Assembly: GCA_043805855.1 (NCBI GenBank)
Contig: JAZDHP010000035.1
Coordinates: 1 to 32,755 of the forward strand
DNA length: 32,755 nt
Direction: 5' to 3'
From: Candidatus Micrarchaeota archaeon
GTDB lineage: Archaea; Micrarchaeota; Micrarchaeia; Norongarragalinales; UBA8480
Part shown: one piece after another, positions 17,718 through 27,823 of the stretch
Layout of the letters: each line of letters opens with the position of its first letter
Numbering within the stretch: the stretch's first letter is position 1
Made by a program: the position numbers and the translations under genes
Notes under the pieces: model-generated
Told to the model about the DNA's origin: nothing
The model's input: only the letters and a program-made list of their open reading frames with translations
Database searches by the model: none

Positions 17718-18395
17718 ATGGTATTTGAACAAACGCGCGAGTTACATTCAATAAGAAAGGAATATAATGCGTTAATTGAAGATATGGAGAGAACAAGGGC
17801 TCCGTTTCGATTGGAGTCTTTTGGTCCAGTTGTTGATCAAAGAGTTAAGAAAAATTTTCGGCTCTGGAAGCTAGGACGCGTTCCGTACGGTGGGTTGTGG
17901 CTTCATACTAGCGCACCTTTAACTTCGGTTAAAACAAGTGATTTTGTCGGGCGGGTTAACCTTACTGAAAGACATTTTGCTAAAGCTATTACTCTTTTAG
18001 ATAGAATTGACGCGCACATTGCTAAGAGAAAAGCGCGACATGTTGGTTTAGAAGCAGCTAGGTCAAACGTTGCAGTGGCGCTTGCACATCTTGTAACTTT
18101 TTTGGCGCCAGCTGAATTAGGTCAGCAATTGCCAAAAATACAGGAAGAAAATGGTCGAATTGTTCTAAGTGAATTGCCCACTCTTTTTGATGGCCTCACA
18201 AACAGGAGAGGGTATAAGGAGGAGGTAATAAGAGACTGGGATGTTGCGAATGAATTGTTAAAAGAACGCCAGCGCAGGTTAAAATCTCACTCTTTTGATG
18301 CTCGAAATGTGTTTAAAACCGAACCTTGTAGCCAACTTTTGCCAGAGGTAATTGATCCAAAGAAACCATTTTTTGTTATCAGAACTAAAAAGTAA
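17718..18395 (+). CDS. Hypothetical basic protein (orphan)
   Basis: ORF occupying the whole gap; ATG at 17718 about 20 nt after TTATTAAAA; Arg-rich, no recognised motif. Confidence 0.65.
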   Translation: MVFEQTRELHSIRKEYNALIEDMERTRAPFRLESFGPVVDQRVKKNFRLWKLGRVPYGGLWLHTSAPLTSVKTSDFVGRVNLTERHFAKAITLLDRIDAHIAKRKARHVGLEAARSNVAVALAHLVTFLAPAELGQQLPKIQEENGRIVLSELPTLFDGLTNRRGYKEEVIRDWDVANELLKERQRRLKSHSFDARNVFKTEPCSQLLPEVIDPKKPFFVIRTKK

Positions 18396-18407
18396 ACTAG
18401 GATTTTG

Positions 18408-19172
18408 TTAGCTTACTAGCCATTCTGAAATTATTCTAATTGCTTCGTTTCTATTTCCGTTTACAAATAGCTTGTGATCTGCGCCTTTAAGCACAATTAG
18501 TTTCCCTTTTTGCAAGTGCTTGACTAATTCTTCGCTGTCGCTTAGCGAAACATCTTCATCTTTGTCGCCGTGTAAAATTAGCACTGGGCACTTTATTTTT
18601 TCAACGCGAGTGTACGTATCTAGATAATTGTGCATATCTTCAAAAGCACTGTAGTTAACTTTGAACTTTCCGCGTTTACCTGCGTCGTAATAATTGTATC
18701 CTTTTTCTTTCCATTCTTTAATTTTCGCTTCGCCATATTTCTTTGTACGTTGCTCAACGTAGTTTGAAACCGGTGCAATCAACGCTATTTTTTCAATTTT
18801 CATTTGCGAAGCAACTATAAGTGCAACTAAGCCGCCAGCGCTTGAACCAAGCAACTCAAATTTTGTAAACCCTTTTGTTTTCAAAAATGCAATTGCGGCG
18901 AGGGTATCAGCAATCATCGTTGTAATTGTTTGCTCTTCAAATTTACCTTCAGATTCAAAGTTGCCCGCCAAATCAAAGCGAAAAGAATTTCTACCATGTG
19001 CCGCGGTTATATCTGCAGTTTTAACGTATGTTTCGCCTTCTTTTCCGCTAGCGTAGCCGTGTATCATTACGAGCAAAGTCTTATTCTTGGGATTAGGTGC
19101 TTCGAGGATGCCGCAGAGTTTTAACCCGCGGGAGTTGAAAAATAACTTTTGCTTTTCTATTGTTTTTTCCAT
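18408..19172 (-). CDS. Alpha/beta-fold hydrolase (esterase/peptidase S9-like)
   Basis: HGY oxyanion region, GSSAGG nucleophile elbow, HGDKDEDV, GADH (Ser-Asp-His triad). Confidence 0.9.
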   Translation of the reverse strand: MEKTIEKQKLFFNSRGLKLCGILEAPNPKNKTLLVMIHGYASGKEGETYVKTADITAAHGRNSFRFDLAGNFESEGKFEEQTITTMIADTLAAIAFLKTKGFTKFELLGSSAGGLVALIVASQMKIEKIALIAPVSNYVEQRTKKYGEAKIKEWKEKGYNYYDAGKRGKFKVNYSAFEDMHNYLDTYTRVEKIKCPVLILHGDKDEDVSLSDSEELVKHLQKGKLIVLKGADHKLFVNGNRNEAIRIISEWLVS

Positions 19173-19194
19173 TGTTTATCGCGCTTGTTTATTT

Positions 19195-19794
19195 TTAGAA
19201 AAATATCCTACCTTTTGTATATCTAGTTTTGGGCTTTGGTTCATCAGCGGGATAACCTATAGGGCAAAGCACAGTTGGTACAATGTGTTGTGGTAGTTTC
19301 AAAATCTTTGAATATTCTGTTGGGTTGAAACTTTCCATTGGACACGAGCCTAAACCTAGAGAAGTTGCGCCGTTTAGTGCGTTTCCAAGAGCTAGGTACA
19401 CTTGACGCTGCGTCCAAGGTAAAATGTTTTCAGCTGTCATGTTATTGCGAAATTCATTAAGTCGCTCTAGCTTAGCGGTAATTTGCGGCGCGGGAGTTCC
19501 AGCTGCGCGTAAAGTACGTTCAGTTTCTTCTATTAGTCCTTTCAAATCTGTATCTGCGCAGAATATCAGTAAATGTGAGCAGGTTGTTACTTGCGCTTGG
19601 TACTTTGTTGCAGGCGAGAGTTTTTCTTTTGTATTCTGGTCGGTTATAACTTTTATTTTCCACGGTTGTAAATTAAGCGAAGACGGAGCTAGTTTAATCA
19701 TTTCAAACAACGCGTCGACCTTTTTCTCTGGCACTTTCCTACTGTCGAACTTCTTCACAGCGTAACGCTTTTTCACAATGTCAATAAATTCCAT
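19195..19794 (-). CDS. Nitroreductase-family (NfsB-like) flavoprotein
   Basis: RYAVKKFD, APSSLNLQPW, LGLGSCPMESF, IGYPA...PKTR. Confidence 0.92.
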   Translation of the reverse strand: MEFIDIVKKRYAVKKFDSRKVPEKKVDALFEMIKLAPSSLNLQPWKIKVITDQNTKEKLSPATKYQAQVTTCSHLLIFCADTDLKGLIEETERTLRAAGTPAPQITAKLERLNEFRNNMTAENILPWTQRQVYLALGNALNGATSLGLGSCPMESFNPTEYSKILKLPQHIVPTVLCPIGYPADEPKPKTRYTKGRIFF

Positions 19795-19811
19795 TTTTGT
19801 TTTCACACTTT

Positions 19812-21233
19812 TTATTTAATTTTTCTCACAGTTCCTTTTGCTGTGTCAATTTCAACAACGTCGCCGTCCTTGAAAACCTTTGTGGCGATTTTCGTGCCAA
19901 TTATGCAGGGCTTTTGCATTTCTCTTGAAACAATTGCCGCGTGGCAAGTTATTCCACCTAAGTCTGTTACAAATGCGGACGCAATTTGCATTGCTGGAAG
20001 TAAATTCGGGCTAGTTGCGTTTGAAACCAACACGTCACCAGGCTTTACTTTATGAATGTCGGCGGTTATATTGACAATTTTTACAACGCCGGTTACTTTT
20101 CCTGGAAAAGCAGTTTGCCCTTTTAACTCGTTTACGCTAGTGTCTGGAACTAGAATGTTCAACTGTGAAAGTGTTTTTTCAGCTTGGGTTCCAAGCGTTT
20201 CACTGCTTCCAACATAAGTGTGAATTGTAACACTTAGCTTGAACCGTTTTTGGCAAAGTTCAGCGCACTTTTCCTTTGCTAATTTACCATTAAGCGTAGC
20301 TACTACTTCGTTTAATTTTAGAAATGTAACTTGCTTGAATGACAAATTCAATCGCTTGCCAATTTCGCGGTAAAGTGGCTCAGCTGCCCAGCACCCGCGG
20401 TAAGTTAACTCCTTTCTATATCCCTTGAGAAAAATAATGTCCTGCGCAACTTTGAATAAATGGCAGTGCTTTTCGTCGGCGTTTATTTCATTCAGTAAAG
20501 CGGTTTGACTTTCTTTTATTTTGTTTACATTAATTCTCTTTGTGTTTTTCAACTGCGCGGCGTAGTTGTTAAATTCGTCGCGAGTCATTTCAGGGCCAAG
20601 ATAATTGTAGGTAAACCACTTGCTTTTTTCGTAAAGTTTTTCCAACTTTTCTAGCTTTTGTTTATCGTGGCTTTTTGTCGCAGCGAGAATTTCTTCATTT
20701 TTCTCTTCCATTATCCCTGTTTCGTTTTGCGTTAAAAGTAACTGCGCTGCATCGCCCGCGCGTTTTTTGTCTGGAATTTTTGAATAAACGTACTGCGTTA
20801 AGTATCCTGAGAGGCGCTGGTTTTTGATTTCCAACACGTTCCAAATTTGGCCAGATAAATGAGCCGCTAGCATTGTTTTGTTAAACTTGTAAAAAAACTC
20901 CGCGAGTTGGTTGTTTGAAAAATTGGAAAAAGTTTTTCCAATTAGTTCACGGTCTTGAAACGCTATGGCTGCAGCGCCGGTTTTACGAATATTAGCGTTT
21001 ACTTTGTCAGCGTTTGAAGGATTTGTTTTAATCCACTCGAATAACTTCGCGTCGATTTCGTCCCATTCGGTTGAATCAAAATAAGCGCGGTGCGTACTTT
21101 CACGAAATTCAGCAATAATTTGCGAAAAACCTTTTCCTATAAGCTTCTCTAGCTCAGAGGTGTATTCTGTAAATTGCTCGTCGATAACGCTGTAAATCGA
21201 ATCGGTAATTTCCCACATTTGCTCAAATGGCAT
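19812..21233 (-). CDS. PEP-utilising enzyme mobile (phosphohistidine swivel) domain protein with helical N-terminal region
   Basis: C-terminus LKGQTAFPGKVTG...TDLGGITCHAAIVSREMQKPCIIG; no ATP-grasp or PEP-binding barrel is recognisable. Confidence 0.85.
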   Translation of the reverse strand: MPFEQMWEITDSIYSVIDEQFTEYTSELEKLIGKGFSQIIAEFRESTHRAYFDSTEWDEIDAKLFEWIKTNPSNADKVNANIRKTGAAAIAFQDRELIGKTFSNFSNNQLAEFFYKFNKTMLAAHLSGQIWNVLEIKNQRLSGYLTQYVYSKIPDKKRAGDAAQLLLTQNETGIMEEKNEEILAATKSHDKQKLEKLEKLYEKSKWFTYNYLGPEMTRDEFNNYAAQLKNTKRINVNKIKESQTALLNEINADEKHCHLFKVAQDIIFLKGYRKELTYRGCWAAEPLYREIGKRLNLSFKQVTFLKLNEVVATLNGKLAKEKCAELCQKRFKLSVTIHTYVGSSETLGTQAEKTLSQLNILVPDTSVNELKGQTAFPGKVTGVVKIVNITADIHKVKPGDVLVSNATSPNLLPAMQIASAFVTDLGGITCHAAIVSREMQKPCIIGTKIATKVFKDGDVVEIDTAKGTVRKIK

Positions 21234-21297
21234 ATAATTGTTAGATAAACGTTAGACTTTTTACCTTATGGTTGCTAAGGTTCTCTAGTGATTTTTT

Positions 21298-22218
21298 ATG
21301 GAATGGACTTCGAACCCTTTTGATTTAACGCCGAAAATAAAGTTGCAAAACGTTGACAAAGTTATAATTGCGGGAGTTGGCGGTAGCGCGTTTGCCGGCG
21401 AAGTAATCGCAACGCTTTGCCATGGGCAACTAAATGTTGAAGTTCACCGTGACTATGGTTTGCCAAAAGTAAACGTTAGCACTTTAGTTATTGCGTGTTC
21501 TTACTCTGGAAACACAGAAGAAACCCTATCTTCGCTAAGTGCAGCATTGAAAACCAACTGTCAAGTGATTGGCATTGCAAGCGGCGGGGAACTCGAGCAG
21601 CAGTGCAAGCTAAATTCAATTCCTTTTGTAAAAGTTCCAAGTGGAATGCAACCGCGCAACGCGACGCTTTACATGACGATTCCTATCTTGGAATTATTTG
21701 CGAGCAATGGTTTAATTGAAAAAATCGACTACGGTGAATTGAAAGAAAGCGTGAAAAGCGAATCACTTAAAACGCAAGGCAAACAAATTGCTGAACGTAT
21801 TTATGGAAAAACTCCACTTATCTATTCATCGCAGCGACTAAAGTGTGTTTCAATGGCGTGGAAAATCGCTTTTAACGAAAATGCCAAGATGCACGCGTTT
21901 CACAACCAGTTACCTGAGTTGAACCACAATGAAATCGTTGGGTACACAAAGAAAAGCGGTAATTTCCACACGTTGATAATTCGCGATAAAGATGACAGCG
22001 AACGCAACCAGAAGCGGTTTACAATAACTGAAAAGCTCATTCGCGATTTCGGCAGCGAGTGCACTGTAATTGAAACGCAAGGCACAACTTTTGCAAACCG
22101 CTTGTTTTCCACAATTCAACTTGGCTACTGGACAAGCTTTTACCTCGCGAAGAAGAACGGCGTTGACCCTGAGCCAGTTGTAATTGTCGAACGGCTAAAA
22201 ATGGAATTGAAAAACTAA
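21298..22218 (+). CDS. Bifunctional phosphoglucose/phosphomannose isomerase
   Basis: GVGGSA, SYSGNTEETL, GMQPR, WK..FNENAK, PELNHNEIVG, VDPEPV. Confidence 0.92.
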   Translation: MEWTSNPFDLTPKIKLQNVDKVIIAGVGGSAFAGEVIATLCHGQLNVEVHRDYGLPKVNVSTLVIACSYSGNTEETLSSLSAALKTNCQVIGIASGGELEQQCKLNSIPFVKVPSGMQPRNATLYMTIPILELFASNGLIEKIDYGELKESVKSESLKTQGKQIAERIYGKTPLIYSSQRLKCVSMAWKIAFNENAKMHAFHNQLPELNHNEIVGYTKKSGNFHTLIIRDKDDSERNQKRFTITEKLIRDFGSECTVIETQGTTFANRLFSTIQLGYWTSFYLAKKNGVDPEPVVIVERLKMELKN

Positions 22219-22228
22219 AAGGCAAGTT

Positions 22229-22951
22229 ATGCAAAACACTGCGAACAGAATTTGGGAGCTAGATTGTTTACGCGGCGTTGCAATTATCTTAATGGTTATC
22301 TTCCATTTCTTTTTTGATTTAAACTATTTTGGAATATTGCAAAACGCAATGTACTCCGGCTATTGGCTTATCTTCCAACGCGTTACGCTTTCACTATTTC
22401 TAATCACCGTTGGGGTTTCACTGCACTTACAGCGCGTGAAAAATCCAAGGCAAATTTTTTCAAAGCGTTTCATCGCTTTACTCGCCGCAGCTGTGCTGAT
22501 AACAATCGCAACGTGGCTTTATTCTCCGAGTGAAACAATTTGGTTCGGCGTAATCCACTTGATTGCGCTTTCTACTCTGTTAGCAATTCCATTTCTCAAT
22601 CGCGCAAAACTCTGCGCGGCAATTGGAACAGTAATGCTAGCTGGAAGTTTGTTCTTTACACTTCCGCAGATAAACTCGCCGTTGCTCTTATGGCTAGGTG
22701 TGCAATTCCCTGGCTTTTCCAGTTTTGACTACGTGCCGTTAATTCCCTGGTTTGGTTTAATCTTGATCGGAATCTACCTCGGCAAAAAGCTCTATCCATT
22801 GCTGGCGTCAATTGTGCCAAAACCGCAAAACGCGATAATAAACTACAAGATAAACGCGTTGCAATTTCTTGGCTGCAATTCACTTGTTATTTACCTAATC
22901 CACCAGCCGCTTTTATTCGCAGCGATAAAATTGTGGCAGTTAGTACGCTAG
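22229..22951 (+). CDS. DUF1624 / heparan-alpha-glucosaminide N-acetyltransferase-like membrane protein
   Basis: RIWELDCLRGVAIILMVIFH, FGVIHLI, DYVPLIPW, SLVIYLIHQP; multiple hydrophobic segments. Confidence 0.88.
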   Translation: MQNTANRIWELDCLRGVAIILMVIFHFFFDLNYFGILQNAMYSGYWLIFQRVTLSLFLITVGVSLHLQRVKNPRQIFSKRFIALLAAAVLITIATWLYSPSETIWFGVIHLIALSTLLAIPFLNRAKLCAAIGTVMLAGSLFFTLPQINSPLLLWLGVQFPGFSSFDYVPLIPWFGLILIGIYLGKKLYPLLASIVPKPQNAIINYKINALQFLGCNSLVIYLIHQPLLFAAIKLWQLVR

Positions 22952-23005
22952 TGCGCGTTCATGATAAGTACATTGTTTTTTATAGCTTATAGCGCTTAAG
23001 ACAAC

Positions 23006-24406
23006 ATGGATTTGAAGTTACTTGCTTTGATTGCAGGCGGGTTCCTGCTTTTTGTAGGTTTTGTCGTAGTTATTGCTATTGTTATCTTTGCAAGCGGCAA
23101 CGGGGCAGGCAACCCAGTTGCTACTCTTGAACTTAACGAAACTCAAGGGCATGCGCCGTTTAACCCAAATTTTACTTACCGTTGCTATGACCCGAATGAC
23201 AAGCTGCAACGGTGTGAATTGAAAATAGACAACCAAGTGTTTGCAACTGCGGTTGATCAAAAGCACTTGTTTCCAGCAAACTACGTTTACCCAACTTTTT
23301 ACTACGAAGCCATGAATGCACCTGGCAACCACTCGATGGAAATCACTGCAATTAACGCCAATGGCTTGAAAGCGTCTACAAAAGTTTCGTTCACGGTTTT
23401 AAACGCGCTTGAAATTACCGCGCCAGGCTGGCACAAGTGCAATAACCAGTCTGCTTCTCCTTGTGACGTGTTTCAAAAATCATACTGCGATAAGTTTGAC
23501 GCAACTGACCTCTCAATTAGGCAAGCTGCTTCAGAAGCTATTTCTAGCCACGCTGGCGAATTTTCAATAAACCAACTTCTTGACATTTACGACTGGGTGC
23601 ACTCCAACGTGTTTTACCAAAACGTTCCAATTACAAACTGGGCGCCTTATTATCCTAATGAAACGCTGCGCACAAAATCTGGAGATTGCAAGAACCAGGC
23701 GGTGCTAATCGCTTCAATGGTAGAGGCAATAGGCGGAACCGCGCGTGTGCTGTTTATTCCTGAGTGTAAGCACGCTTTTGCCGAGGTTTACCTTGGTAAC
23801 AGCAGTAGTGTTGATGAATTAAATGCCGCAGTGTGGGCGCACTATTCAATGACCGTAGAACAGTACAATAACATAACTTGGCACACTTCTAATAACGGGA
23901 GTGAAAATTGGTTTATATTTGACACCGCCGGGGGGAGGTTCCCTGGCCAGACAATTCCCGAATGTTTCAACGCATCGCAAACTTTTGAACTTAGGGACTG
24001 CGGTAACATGGAACGTGTTAAAGCACCTGCTGTTAGCGGAACTGCTTACGGACCAGTTGAAAAACAAGACGAAACGCAAGTTATAGAACCGCAATGGAGC
24101 CGCAATTATCCAATAGCCCCTTGGATTAGCACTGTAAGCGACTACAAACGATGCAGTTACAATATAAGCATCGAGTCAATATCAGTAAAGCCAATGGACT
24201 GGTATGTTACAGATAGCCAAGGTTACGAAGACCGCAATGCACACCGGAGTTTCAAATATTTCTACGGCGAGGAACAAGTTCAAAAGTCAAGTTATAACTT
24301 TAACTGGGATAAGCCGGACAACTTTTACATTATAGTTGTAAACAGCGACCGCAGCTCTTCAATAACAGTAAAAACTCACATAACTGAAACTTGCTACAAA
24401 CAGTAA
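23006..24406 (+). CDS. Membrane-anchored transglutaminase-like (Cys-His-Asp) surface protein
   Basis: N-terminal TM anchor, PKD/Ig-like segment (GHAPFNPNF...PGNHSMEITA), PNETL...GDCKNQAVLIASM, HAFAEV, WFIFDT. Confidence 0.85.
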   Translation: MDLKLLALIAGGFLLFVGFVVVIAIVIFASGNGAGNPVATLELNETQGHAPFNPNFTYRCYDPNDKLQRCELKIDNQVFATAVDQKHLFPANYVYPTFYYEAMNAPGNHSMEITAINANGLKASTKVSFTVLNALEITAPGWHKCNNQSASPCDVFQKSYCDKFDATDLSIRQAASEAISSHAGEFSINQLLDIYDWVHSNVFYQNVPITNWAPYYPNETLRTKSGDCKNQAVLIASMVEAIGGTARVLFIPECKHAFAEVYLGNSSSVDELNAAVWAHYSMTVEQYNNITWHTSNNGSENWFIFDTAGGRFPGQTIPECFNASQTFELRDCGNMERVKAPAVSGTAYGPVEKQDETQVIEPQWSRNYPIAPWISTVSDYKRCSYNISIESISVKPMDWYVTDSQGYEDRNAHRSFKYFYGEEQVQKSSYNFNWDKPDNFYIIVVNSDRSSSITVKTHITETCYKQ

Positions 24407-24444
24407 AATGGGGTTTTTTATATTCGTCGGGCAATATTTTGTCT

Positions 24445-25173
24445 ATGCAAAGCGAATCTCTTGCGCTAACACCAAACGATCGCCGTAGAATAAGTGCGAT
24501 GAAAAGCCGAGCAACTGAACTCGGGCGCAGCCTATGGCTCCTTCAAGACGCTGGAAGATACGCTGATCAAAGTAGTTTGAGTGGTGTAAACCGCCATTTA
24601 GAAAGAGACTTTGTCCATGTTGTTCGGGATTTAAGCGTTCGTTTTCCGCGTAAAACAATTAATGTGCTCTTTGAAGGATGTGGCGCAAGTTCTTTTCCCG
24701 AGGAACTAACTAAAAAATGTCGCACTGCTGGTTTAAAAGTACGCGTTTTTAGAACTGACCTTTACTCCCGGAAAAGATTTCAACAGCTAGTTGCATTTCG
24801 GCGCCAAACAGTTAGAAACTACAATCAAGCTGCTCCTGAAGAACTGGCAGAAACATTTGGCGAAAACAAGTTTCACTTAGTTGTATCTCGCTCAGGCGGT
24901 TTAAACTACACTCCGTTGCCTCCAATTAAAGGAATACACGCGCTTTGCAAAACTCTAAAGCCAGGCGGAGAAGCACACATCATAACCGAAGACGTTGACC
25001 AACCATCACTTCCTGAAGGCAAAGCAATTTGGCTAAACCAGCACGGCAAACAAACGCCAGTGGGCGCCTATTTTGAAGGAAATCCAAAATATTCAGTAGT
25101 TGAAGAAAAACACGTAACCGGCGCGCCTTACTTGAGGTTCCATCCGATACTACGGATTACAAAACGTCAGTAA
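24445..25173 (+). CDS. Class I SAM-dependent methyltransferase-like protein (divergent)
   Basis: VLFEGCGASSF (motif I-like), RTDL, FHLVVSR, LKPGGEAHI; ATG at 24445 is 22 nt after TTTTTATA. Confidence 0.6.
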   Translation: MQSESLALTPNDRRRISAMKSRATELGRSLWLLQDAGRYADQSSLSGVNRHLERDFVHVVRDLSVRFPRKTINVLFEGCGASSFPEELTKKCRTAGLKVRVFRTDLYSRKRFQQLVAFRRQTVRNYNQAAPEELAETFGENKFHLVVSRSGGLNYTPLPPIKGIHALCKTLKPGGEAHIITEDVDQPSLPEGKAIWLNQHGKQTPVGAYFEGNPKYSVVEEKHVTGAPYLRFHPILRITKRQ

Positions 25174-25186
25174 AAATTAGAATTCC

Positions 25187-26512
25187 CTATTCGTGGCAAG
25201 TCGTCGCCGCTTTGTTCGCCGAAACCGACGCTCCATTTGGCGGGTACGCTTCTACATTTACTGTCGCTGTTAGGCCAACTGCGCCGTTTGCTTGAGTGTG
25301 CCAGTTTGTTGACTCTGGTTCTCCTTCGTCGCGCTGGCAGTTTGAACCCCACTGTCCGCAGTCAACCAAGAGATCGCCGTTAAGTGTAAGTGAAGTGCTA
25401 ACTGGGCCAGACGCTGTGCCTGTTGAGTCAATTGTCCACGAAACTACGCCGCAGCAACTAAGCCGCTCGCGTGGGCTACACGTTGCCGAAGCTACAGTTA
25501 CAGTTGCTGGCGTTGCTGGAGGAATAGACTGAGCTTCGCAGCTTTCTATAAGTGGATAAATACACTTTTGCTTTACGTCGCACCACACTTCGCCTGCGGT
25601 TATATTGCACCCGCGCGTCATTGATTCAGTTACATTTACAGTTGACTCTTGTGGAATAACGCAAGTTACGATTTTGTTTTCATTTAAACTTGGATTGCTC
25701 TCTTGATCTTGGTCAATGTAAATGTGAACGCCAACTGGAAAGTGGTTATCGCCAAGTCCAGTGTCCTGCCAGTCTTTTACTGATACTTGTCCACTTGCAG
25801 ACCACGTTGTTGTAGCTGGATCAACAGCATAGGCGCGCTTTGCCTCTGTTTCCGAGCGTTGCCTAACGCCAGTCCACGAAGGTACGCTGAACTTCTGTAA
25901 TTTTCCAGTGAAAATGTGAAGCTCCGTTCCTGGCGGTGCAGTTACAGTGCCAGAAGCTTGAATTGTAAAAATATATTCAGTGTGATCGCCGAAAGTCAAT
26001 TTCGTGTTGTAAGTGCAATTGGCAGAGTCAACGCTCGCGGATAAATTTGTACTGGCATTTACGCCAACTCTTGCGGCATCATTGTCATTGCCGCTTGCTT
26101 GAGTTCCGCCTATATTGCCGCTGTTAGTATTTTGAGTTTCTTGAGTTGCCGAGTTAACCGTCACTTGCGTTTGTGTGCACTTTGACGTGCTAGTTAAATC
26201 TTTAACGCAAATTCCAAAAGAATAGGTGCCCTCCCTTGAAGGAGTTCCAGTTAAGCTTCCATTCATGTTTACAATTGTGCCAATTGGAGTTGCGCCAGTT
26301 GCAAATGAATCAGAAACAAAAGTGTACGGCGGCGTTCCGCCAGTTGCCCTAGCTACTTGTACCTCGCACGGTTCGTGGACAACGCACTGCGCATTGCTAA
26401 TCGCGGTTATGTTCAACTCGCTTGGCGAAGCAACAAAACTCGTGGGCAAAGTGCATCCAATTATAAAAAACGCACTTGCAATTATTCCAAGGTACAGAAA
26501 ACGGTTTTGCAT
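25187..26512 (-). CDS. Surface lipoprotein-like protein with putative Ig (He_PIG-like) domain and duplicated beta-sandwich modules
   Basis: Signal with lipobox-like FIIGC; ATGGTPPYTF...LTGTPSREGTYSFGICVKD; Thr/Ser/Cys-rich; WCDVKQKC mini-motif. Confidence 0.75.
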   Translation of the reverse strand: MQNRFLYLGIIASAFFIIGCTLPTSFVASPSELNITAISNAQCVVHEPCEVQVARATGGTPPYTFVSDSFATGATPIGTIVNMNGSLTGTPSREGTYSFGICVKDLTSTSKCTQTQVTVNSATQETQNTNSGNIGGTQASGNDNDAARVGVNASTNLSASVDSANCTYNTKLTFGDHTEYIFTIQASGTVTAPPGTELHIFTGKLQKFSVPSWTGVRQRSETEAKRAYAVDPATTTWSASGQVSVKDWQDTGLGDNHFPVGVHIYIDQDQESNPSLNENKIVTCVIPQESTVNVTESMTRGCNITAGEVWCDVKQKCIYPLIESCEAQSIPPATPATVTVASATCSPRERLSCCGVVSWTIDSTGTASGPVSTSLTLNGDLLVDCGQWGSNCQRDEGEPESTNWHTQANGAVGLTATVNVEAYPPNGASVSANKAATTCHE

Positions 26513-26645
26513 TGCAAATGGAAAGAAAAACGAGTTCTTAAAACTAGCGATTTTGCTGGGGGGAGTGATTAATTGGCTTTATCTTATAGGCGGCGCAGCG
26601 CAATGGAGAAGTTTTTTAAACCAGCCGCGCTAATGCTTTGTAAAT

Positions 26646-27821
26646 ATGCAAAAACTATGGTTTGTAGTGTTGAGTTTAACTCTTGTTTTACTTTATTCCT
26701 TTACTTCTTTTGTTCATGCTTGTCCAGTTGGGCAAATGCCAAACTTTGACGGAAGCTGTATAGGCGACCCAAATTACCGCGCTGGCCAAGTTAACACTAA
26801 TCCCGGCGGCCAGCAAACTACTTCGGGTTATACGCTGCCAAGCGGGGCAACGGCAGATCAAGTTCAACAAGCGTATGACCAGCATAACTGCCGGTGGGGC
26901 GGAACATCTGGCGAAAGTCCATCAATATGCGCTGCAATTGAAGCTGCCCGTAACCAACAGAATTCGCCTACTTCTGATTCTTCAACTAACGCTGTAATGC
27001 CATTGGGAACTTTTTCAAGCGAGGGACTTGACCAACAGAGAGTTGATGGAAATAAACTAATAACTGAAGTTGGTTCAATGCGAAGCGAAGTTTCCAACGC
27101 GGTTAGTAGACTAGCTGGCACTTCAGCTTACGCACGCGCTTCGCAACTTCAAATAGACGCAATTGCAATTTATAGCCGAGAATACGACGCGGCGCAAGCA
27201 GACGCTAATAGTCTAGGCGCCCAGTTTAGCAGCTGTGGCCAATGTTGGCAAAGTGAACCTGGTTCAGCTGGTTGCACGTGCCGCAATAACTTCCAGCGCC
27301 AAATCAACATTGGTTCATACCAACACTTTATGACTGCCTACGAGGCACATAAAAGCGCTCTTGATCAAATAAACGCGCTTCCAACTACACCAATAGATGC
27401 GGGGATTACTGGTTCAGGAACAACTGGCTCAGGCACTGGAACCGAAGTGCCAATTTCTGACGTTGAATTTACAACTCCAATTTCTCTAATTGTCGGCGGC
27501 ACGCCAACTGAAACGTATACTAACATCTTGAACGAAGTGCAGCACAAGTTCAACGCGCTGAATCAAAACATTAAGTCAAAGGCAATCAGCGACGCTAAAA
27601 CCGAAGCTAAGAATAACTATAATTTACCAACTGCGCCAACGCCGCAAACTTCTGAATTTGTTTTCACTCTAGGTATGTCGCCAGTTATACTAGGGAGTTC
27701 TGCACCTGATTCAACTGCGTGGGCAATGGCAAAAATGGCCCAAGCGATAAAAAGCGGCCAGTCATTCTGGGACGCTCAAGCTGAAATAAAAGCTCTTGAA
27801 CAAGCGGCGGGGTTGAAATAA
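26646..27821 (+). CDS. Secreted Cys-containing hypothetical protein
   Basis: Sec-type signal ending VHA|C; paired Cys; Gly/Thr linker (GSGTTGSGTGT); TTTTTTAA box about 26 nt upstream of the ATG. Confidence 0.75.
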   Translation: MQKLWFVVLSLTLVLLYSFTSFVHACPVGQMPNFDGSCIGDPNYRAGQVNTNPGGQQTTSGYTLPSGATADQVQQAYDQHNCRWGGTSGESPSICAAIEAARNQQNSPTSDSSTNAVMPLGTFSSEGLDQQRVDGNKLITEVGSMRSEVSNAVSRLAGTSAYARASQLQIDAIAIYSREYDAAQADANSLGAQFSSCGQCWQSEPGSAGCTCRNNFQRQINIGSYQHFMTAYEAHKSALDQINALPTTPIDAGITGSGTTGSGTGTEVPISDVEFTTPISLIVGGTPTETYTNILNEVQHKFNALNQNIKSKAISDAKTEAKNNYNLPTAPTPQTSEFVFTLGMSPVILGSSAPDSTAWAMAKMAQAIKSGQSFWDAQAEIKALEQAAGLK

Positions 27822-27823
27822 AA

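Noticed and set aside
26226..26633. Plus-strand 135-aa ORF and other short antisense ORFs nested in long genes
   Set aside because: They overlap well-supported genes on the opposite strand or in another frame and show no motifs.
27405..27443. Short GSGTT-coding tandem repeats
   Set aside because: Ordinary low-complexity linker in a secreted protein.
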